Assembly: GCA_963782055.1 (NCBI GenBank)
Contig: CAWAIF010000003.1
Location: forward strand, 576,001 to 640,000
Origin: an uncultured delta proteobacterium
GTDB lineage: Bacteria; Myxococcota_A; Polyangia; Polyangiales; Polyangiaceae
Direction: 5' to 3'
Length of the DNA stretch: 64,000 nt
Shown here: positions 57,617 through 64,000 of the stretch, in pieces
Layout: every line of letters starts with the position of its first letter
Position numbering within the stretch: the stretch's first letter is position 1
The notes under the pieces: generated by a model
Seen by the model: the letters and a program-made list of their open reading frames with translations, nothing else
Told to the model about the DNA's origin: nothing
Database searches by the model: none
Position numbers and translations under genes: made by a program

Positions 57617-59163
57617 CCGCCCTCGGGGTCCGGCTCGCGCACCGCAGTCACCGTCGCCTCGACCTGTCCCTCGTGGACGCGCAGGGTGAGGGTGTCGCCC
57701 GGCGCGACGTCGCGCGCCGCCCGCACCGCGCGCCCGTCCGCCCGCGTCGCGATGGCGTACCCGCGGCCGAGCACCTTGAGCGGGCTCATCGCGTCCAGCC
57801 GCGCGCCCAGCTGCTCGAGCGAGGCGCTCTCCCGGGCGACGCGCGTCGCGACGAGGCTGCCCACCCGCGCGGCGACGCGCCCGAGCTCGGCCTTCTCGCG
57901 CGCCAGCACCGCGCCCGGGTGCACGACCGCGAGCCGCTGCGAGAGCGGAGCGAGCTGCGCGCGCCCGCGCCGCACCGCCCGGCGCGCCCCCGACTCCACG
58001 CGCCCCCGCCTGTCGTCCAGGGCCTGCTGGTGGGCGGCGATGGCGAGGCGCGGATCGCCGAGCAGCCGCGCGTGGCCGGCGAGCTCCGCCTTGCCGCGCG
58101 CCAGGTGAGCGCGCGCGGCGCGCTCCAGCCTCTCGCGCAGGTGCCGCGCCTCCCGCCGCATCGCCTGCCGATCGGGCACCGTCATCTCCGCCGCCTGCGA
58201 CGGGGTCGCCGCGCGGCGGTCCGCCGCGAAGTCTGTGAGGGTGACGTCCACCTCGTGGCCCACCGCGCTCACCACCGGCACGCGGCAGGCGGCGACGGCG
58301 CGCACGAGCGCCTCGTCGTTCCACACCAGGAGCTCGTCGAAGGATCCGCCGCCGCGCCCCACGATGATGACGTCCACCGTGGCCACTCGCTGCAGGATGC
58401 GCAGCGCCCGCGCGATGCTCTCCGCCGCGCCGGCCCCCTGCACGCGCGCCGGGGCGAGCAGGATGCGCGCGCCGCCGCGCTGCTTCGCCACCTTGCAGAT
58501 GTCGTGGATGACGGCGCCGCCGGCGCTGGTGACGACGCCCACGACGCGCGGCGACGACGGGAGCGCGCGCTTGCGCCCGGCGTCGAAGAGGCCCTCGGCG
58601 GCGAGCTTCGCCTTCAGCCGCTCGATCGCCTCGAGCAGGGCGCCGCGCCCGGCGAGCTCCACGCGGTCGGCGGTGAGCTGCAGCCGCCCGCGCGGGGCGT
58701 AGTACGTCGGCCGCCCGCGCAGGCGCACCCGGGCGCCGTCCTTGATCATCGCGCGGGTGCGGGAGGTCAGGTTGCTCTTGTAGACGACCACGTCGACCGC
58801 GGCGTCCTCCTCGGCGTCCTTGAGTGTAAAGTACAAGTGTCCGCTGCCCGCCGGGCGGGCCCCCACGACCTCGCCCTCGACCCACACCCCGCGCGCAAAG
58901 CCGGCGTCGATGGCCCCGCGGATGGCTCGCCCCAGCTCGGCGACGGACATGGCGCGCGGCTGGCCGCGGGGCTCCGGCGGGCGCGCCGCCGGCGCGGGAG
59001 GCCCCACGGGCGGCTCGTCGTCCAGCTCCACCCAGCGCGTGGGGCTCGGGGCGTCCGGGTACGGCGGCGGCCAGTCGGACTGCGGCGCCTCGCTCGCGGG
59101 TGCCTCCTCCTGCGCCGCGGGGAGGGCGTCGAAGTCGAATGTCAGCGAGCGCTGGTCGGTCAC
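57613..59163 (-). CDS. xseA: Exodeoxyribonuclease VII large subunit (start uncertain, alternative 58950)
   Basis: VWVEGEV, SGHLYFTLKD, VQG, RGGGS, SAVGHEVD, ATPS.AAE, L.RGYAI. Confidence 0.95.
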   Translation of the reverse strand: MTDQRSLTFDFDALPAAQEEAPASEAPQSDWPPPYPDAPSPTRWVELDDEPPVGPPAPAARPPEPRGQPRAMSVAELGRAIRGAIDAGFARGVWVEGEVVGARPAGSGHLYFTLKDAEEDAAVDVVVYKSNLTSRTRAMIKDGARVRLRGRPTYYAPRGRLQLTADRVELAGRGALLEAIERLKAKLAAEGLFDAGRKRALPSSPRVVGVVTSAGGAVIHDICKVAKQRGGARILLAPARVQGAGAAESIARALRILQRVATVDVIIVGRGGGSFDELLVWNDEALVRAVAACRVPVVSAVGHEVDVTLTDFAADRRAATPSQAAEMTVPDRQAMRREARHLRERLERAARAHLARGKAELAGHARLLGDPRLAIAAHQQALDDRRGRVESGARRAVRRGRAQLAPLSQRLAVVHPGAVLAREKAELGRVAARVGSLVATRVARESASLEQLGARLDAMSPLKVLGRGYAIATRADGRAVRAARDVAPGDTLTLRVHEGQVEATVTAVREPDPEGG

Positions 59164-59227
59164 GCGCGAAGCATACCGAAAACGCGCGGGGTTATCTCCC
59201 GCGCGATTCCCTGGTAATCGAACGGGC

Positions 59228-60760
<1,533 letters not shown>

Positions 60761-60764
60761 GCGG

Positions 60765-61325
60765 TCACTGACCGCCGGCGTCCTGGATGCCCGCGTCGCC
60801 ACCGCCGTCGGGGGCGCCGCCGTCGAGGAAGGCGCTCAGCCCGCACTCGCCGTAGCAGTTCTTCTGCGCGCAACCGATGAGGGAGAAGCCGATGGCCTGG
60901 GTGTCGCTGCCCACGCCGGCGAAGGCGAGCAGCCCGCAGGAGGTGAGAGACTGGCCGTTCCCCAGGCAGTCGTAGAGGCTGATGATCGCGCCCTTGCACT
61001 CGCAGAGGTTGTTGCAGTCGTTGATGTCGGAGCTGCAGCTCGTCTTGAGGCACGCCGCGCAGGCGGGGACCGACCCGCCGGCGTCGCCGATGGCGGCGTT
61101 GGGGACGTTCAGGTTGTTGAGATCCCCGTCCACCGTGCAGGCGTCGCTCGGAGGCGCGGCGTCCTGGACGTCCGGCGCCACGTCGGGCATCGCGTCCTGC
61201 GTGGTCACGTCGGGGCCGGCATCGACGACGGTGTCGTCCGAGGTGTTGCCACACGCGGCGACGAGGCCGCCCATGGCGAGGGTGGACGCGGAGGCGAGGA
61301 CCAGGACGATGCTACGAAGGCGCAT
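60765..61325 (-). CDS. Cys-rich lipoprotein
   Basis: Lipobox VAAC; DAG-rich linkers; more than 10 Cys, no CxxCH. Confidence 0.8.
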   Translation of the reverse strand: MRLRSIVLVLASASTLAMGGLVAACGNTSDDTVVDAGPDVTTQDAMPDVAPDVQDAAPPSDACTVDGDLNNLNVPNAAIGDAGGSVPACAACLKTSCSSDINDCNNLCECKGAIISLYDCLGNGQSLTSCGLLAFAGVGSDTQAIGFSLIGCAQKNCYGECGLSAFLDGGAPDGGGDAGIQDAGGQ

Positions 61326-61407
61326 GGGGAAGCTCCTTGCGAGGGGAGTCCAGCCTAGACCCCTTTGCAGCGCTCGGAAAAGCGCTTTCTGGTGCTAGAA
61401 CGGCCTC

Positions 61408-63855
61408 ATGATCACGCGCGCGCTCCGCCCCTACGGGCTCTTTGCAGTCTGCATCCTCTTTTCTTGCTCCAGCACCGAGACACCGCCGGCGCCGACCTCG
61501 CCGACGGTCCACTTCGTCGACGCAGCCGCGGTGCCCGACTTCATGGACGTTCCCTTCCCGTCCGACGCGTACCTCGCGAACGGGAAGATCGGCACCATCC
61601 CCGCGCTGGACGCCGTGGTGACGGTCAACGCCAGCTTCTTGCAGAAGGCCCTCTCCACGCTGGACGGCTTCTCCCGCACGGCGGCCGCCGAGTTCTACGT
61701 CGACGACCCCACGTCCACCGCCGACGAGCCCGTCTCGGCGAAGGTCGACCCGGCGACCCTCCCGGTGAACGAAGCCGCCTGCCTGGCCGATCAGAGCTCG
61801 GTCTTCTTCCTGGATCTCGAGCAGACCGACCCGGCGAAGGCGCGCATCGGCTGCCGCGCCGCTTATCACGTCGCCAGCCTGGCCAAGACGCGGCCGGCGC
61901 TCGGCGTGGGGCCCGCGCGCGGGGTCGTCCTGCTGGAGGGGCACCGCTACGCGGCCGTCGTCACCAGCCGGGTGAAGGACAAGGACGGTCACGCCCTCGC
62001 GGCGAGCCCGGACTTCCAGAAGATCGCCTCGGGGGACCGCTCTGGCCCGGTCGGCGCCATGTACGGCGACGCCTACGACAAGGTGTCGGCGCTGCTCTCC
62101 GGCGCGCTCGCCGCCGACGGCGCGCAGATCGTCGGGGTGGCGGCCTACACCACCGACCACTCCACCCGGGAGCTCTTCGCCCTGCGCGACGCCCTGGAGG
62201 ACGCCCCCACGCCCGCGCTCAAGTGGGACACGGCCTCGCTCGCGCCCATGGGCGACGGACGGTTCGCCGCCGCGACGCCGTTGCCGGCGGGCTTCGCCGC
62301 CACCCTGGACGACTGGCTCGGCGTCGTCGACGCGAAGGACAAGCTCCCGAGCGGCGACGACGATCCCGATCGCAGCTTGCCCGTGCGCGCTCACGACAAG
62401 ATCGCGGCCGTGGGCACCGCGGTGTTCGACGCGGTGAACTACCTGCAGGTGCGGCCGAACGGCTACGCCGACCCGGACCACGCCAACTTCGCCCGCGACG
62501 CGTCGGGCAACGTCATCCCCGCGCCGGAGAAGCCGACGAGCAAGATCTGGGTCACGATCGCGCTGCCCACCGCGGCGATGCCGCCGGACGGCTACCCGGT
62601 CGTCATCGTGCAGCACGGCCTCTCCAGCTCCCGCTCCTTCCTCTTCGACCTCGCCAACATCTTCTGCGCGAAGGGCTGGGCGGCCGTCGCCATCGACAGC
62701 GTCACCTTCGGCGCGCGCGCGCCGGAGCCGCAGTACCAGAACGACAAGACCACCAACTACGTCAGCGCGCCCGGCGCCAAGTACAACGGCCCGGACGGCA
62801 TCGCCGACGTGGACGACAAGGGCGCCACCAACGGCTCCTTCGACCTCTTCGGTGGCCTGCAGAACCTCGGCGCCCTGCGCGATCAGCTCCGGCAGGCGGA
62901 GCTCGACACCGCGCAGCTCGTGAAGGTGCTGCGCGCCGGCCCGGACATCTCCCCGCTGCAGACGGGCGGCACCGCGCCGAAGCTGGACGGCTCGCGCATC
63001 GTCTACGTGGGCGATTCGCTCGGCGCGATCGAGGGGACCGTGGCCGCCGCGCTGGAGCCGCACGTGCTCGCGTGGGCGCTCAACGTCGACGGCGGCGGCA
63101 TCATCAACGAGCTGGGCGTGCACTCCCCGGCCATCAGCGCGCAGCTCTCCCTCGCCGGCGCGCTCAACTTCGGCTTCCAGAACGACCAGTTCACCGACAC
63201 GCACCCGCTGGTCACCCTGATCCAGACCATCGTCGGGCCCGGGGACCCCATCGACTACGCCTCGCGCCTGGTGACCGACCCGGCCCCGCTGAAGGGCGTG
63301 GCCACCAAGCCGCGCGACATCCTTCAGACGGAGGTCGTCTTCGACGAGATCGTCTCCAACGAGGCCGGCGAGGCGCTCGCCCGCGCCGCCGGGCTGCCGA
63401 TGGCGTCGCCCAACGTCGGCTCCAACGCCGAGATCATGGACCTCAAGGCCCCCGACCAGAACCCGCACCGGATCGACTTCCCGCAGGCGGCGCCGGACTC
63501 GGGGGGCGCCATCCACGACACGCCGCTGGCGGGCACGACAGCCGTCCTGGTGCAGCTCTCCCCCGGCACCCACGGCGAGGACATCGCCAACAGCCACGGC
63601 ACCCGGCAGTACCGGGCGCCCTGGGGGCAGTTCGACACCGATCAGCAGCCCTTCTTCCGCTTCGACACGGCCCAGCAGTACCAGGTGCGCTGCTCCTACC
63701 GGGAGACGCAGGCGGGCGTCACCGGCTTCTTCGACGGCGCCTTCGCCGGCAAGGTCCCGCAGATCGCCGGCTTCGCCGCGCCGGTGCGCGACCTGGACGA
63801 CGACGGCACCCCGGACGCGACCGACCCCGATCCGAACGACCCCAGCGTCAAGTAG
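61408..63855 (+). CDS. Large lipoprotein alpha/beta-hydrolase (putative lipase/esterase)
   Basis: Lipobox LFSC; PFPSD and LDGFS N-domain; PVVIVQHGL, GDSLG, DP..Y, H; C-terminal DLDDDGTPDATDPDP. Confidence 0.82.
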   Translation: MITRALRPYGLFAVCILFSCSSTETPPAPTSPTVHFVDAAAVPDFMDVPFPSDAYLANGKIGTIPALDAVVTVNASFLQKALSTLDGFSRTAAAEFYVDDPTSTADEPVSAKVDPATLPVNEAACLADQSSVFFLDLEQTDPAKARIGCRAAYHVASLAKTRPALGVGPARGVVLLEGHRYAAVVTSRVKDKDGHALAASPDFQKIASGDRSGPVGAMYGDAYDKVSALLSGALAADGAQIVGVAAYTTDHSTRELFALRDALEDAPTPALKWDTASLAPMGDGRFAAATPLPAGFAATLDDWLGVVDAKDKLPSGDDDPDRSLPVRAHDKIAAVGTAVFDAVNYLQVRPNGYADPDHANFARDASGNVIPAPEKPTSKIWVTIALPTAAMPPDGYPVVIVQHGLSSSRSFLFDLANIFCAKGWAAVAIDSVTFGARAPEPQYQNDKTTNYVSAPGAKYNGPDGIADVDDKGATNGSFDLFGGLQNLGALRDQLRQAELDTAQLVKVLRAGPDISPLQTGGTAPKLDGSRIVYVGDSLGAIEGTVAAALEPHVLAWALNVDGGGIINELGVHSPAISAQLSLAGALNFGFQNDQFTDTHPLVTLIQTIVGPGDPIDYASRLVTDPAPLKGVATKPRDILQTEVVFDEIVSNEAGEALARAAGLPMASPNVGSNAEIMDLKAPDQNPHRIDFPQAAPDSGGAIHDTPLAGTTAVLVQLSPGTHGEDIANSHGTRQYRAPWGQFDTDQQPFFRFDTAQQYQVRCSYRETQAGVTGFFDGAFAGKVPQIAGFAAPVRDLDDDGTPDATDPDPNDPSVK

Positions 63856-64000
63856 CGAGGCGCGCGCGCGCACTGCGCACGCCCTGCCACTTGATCGAAC
63901 CGGCAGGCCAAGGTGCCGGGGCGGTGCTACGTTCCATCATGGAGGGAGTGCTTCCCTCCGAATGATGGGCGCGCTCCGTTCCCCCCCCTCGACCTACGTC

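Noticed and set aside
60765..61325. Cys-rich lipoprotein considered as another cytochrome
   Set aside because: CAAC is followed by Leu, not His, and there is no heme motif. Likely disulfide-bonded.
63941..63959. Hairpin GGAGGGA-GTGCT-TCCCTCC near the window end
   Set aside because: It has no U-tract and its downstream context is cut off, so no function can be assigned.

Overview
GC-rich bacterial window. Gene content, the many Cys-lipoproteins and an FHA-fused Tad ATPase suggest a myxobacterium (Myxococcota, probably Polyangia); this is inference. Layout: (1) 1-9085, the end of the spc and alpha ribosomal operons (rplE to rplQ, with secY, adk, infA, rpoA). (2) 9.1-14.4 kb, mixed housekeeping and envelope genes (TPR protein, acyP, lpxC-like, quinone oxidoreductase, rhomboid-like protein). 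(3) 14.4-23.5 kb, an uncharacterised envelope redox island: five predicted lipoprotein c-type cytochromes (7 heme motifs, two of them non-canonical CX4CH), a DUF4266/DUF3570 outer-membrane pair and a Tat-exported DUF1501-like protein. Most of these form two convergent operons, each preceded by a similar sigma54-type promoter. (4) 23.8-33.8 kb, a Tad/Kil-like pilus operon with two CpaF ATPases, three FHA-like domains and no pilins. (5) rpmI-rplT-pheS-pheT, with pheT frameshifted at a homopolymer. (6) 39-64 kb: phosphomutase, Opp-type permeases, thioredoxin-rhodanese fusion, Fur, orphan Dam-type methylase, Gld-like ABC/DUF4340 module (second probable frameshift), two-component system, aroE, xseA, biotin carboxylase and a large lipoprotein hydrolase. 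No rRNA, tRNA, CRISPR array or mobile element was recognised. All family assignments come from recognising motifs by eye, not from database searches.
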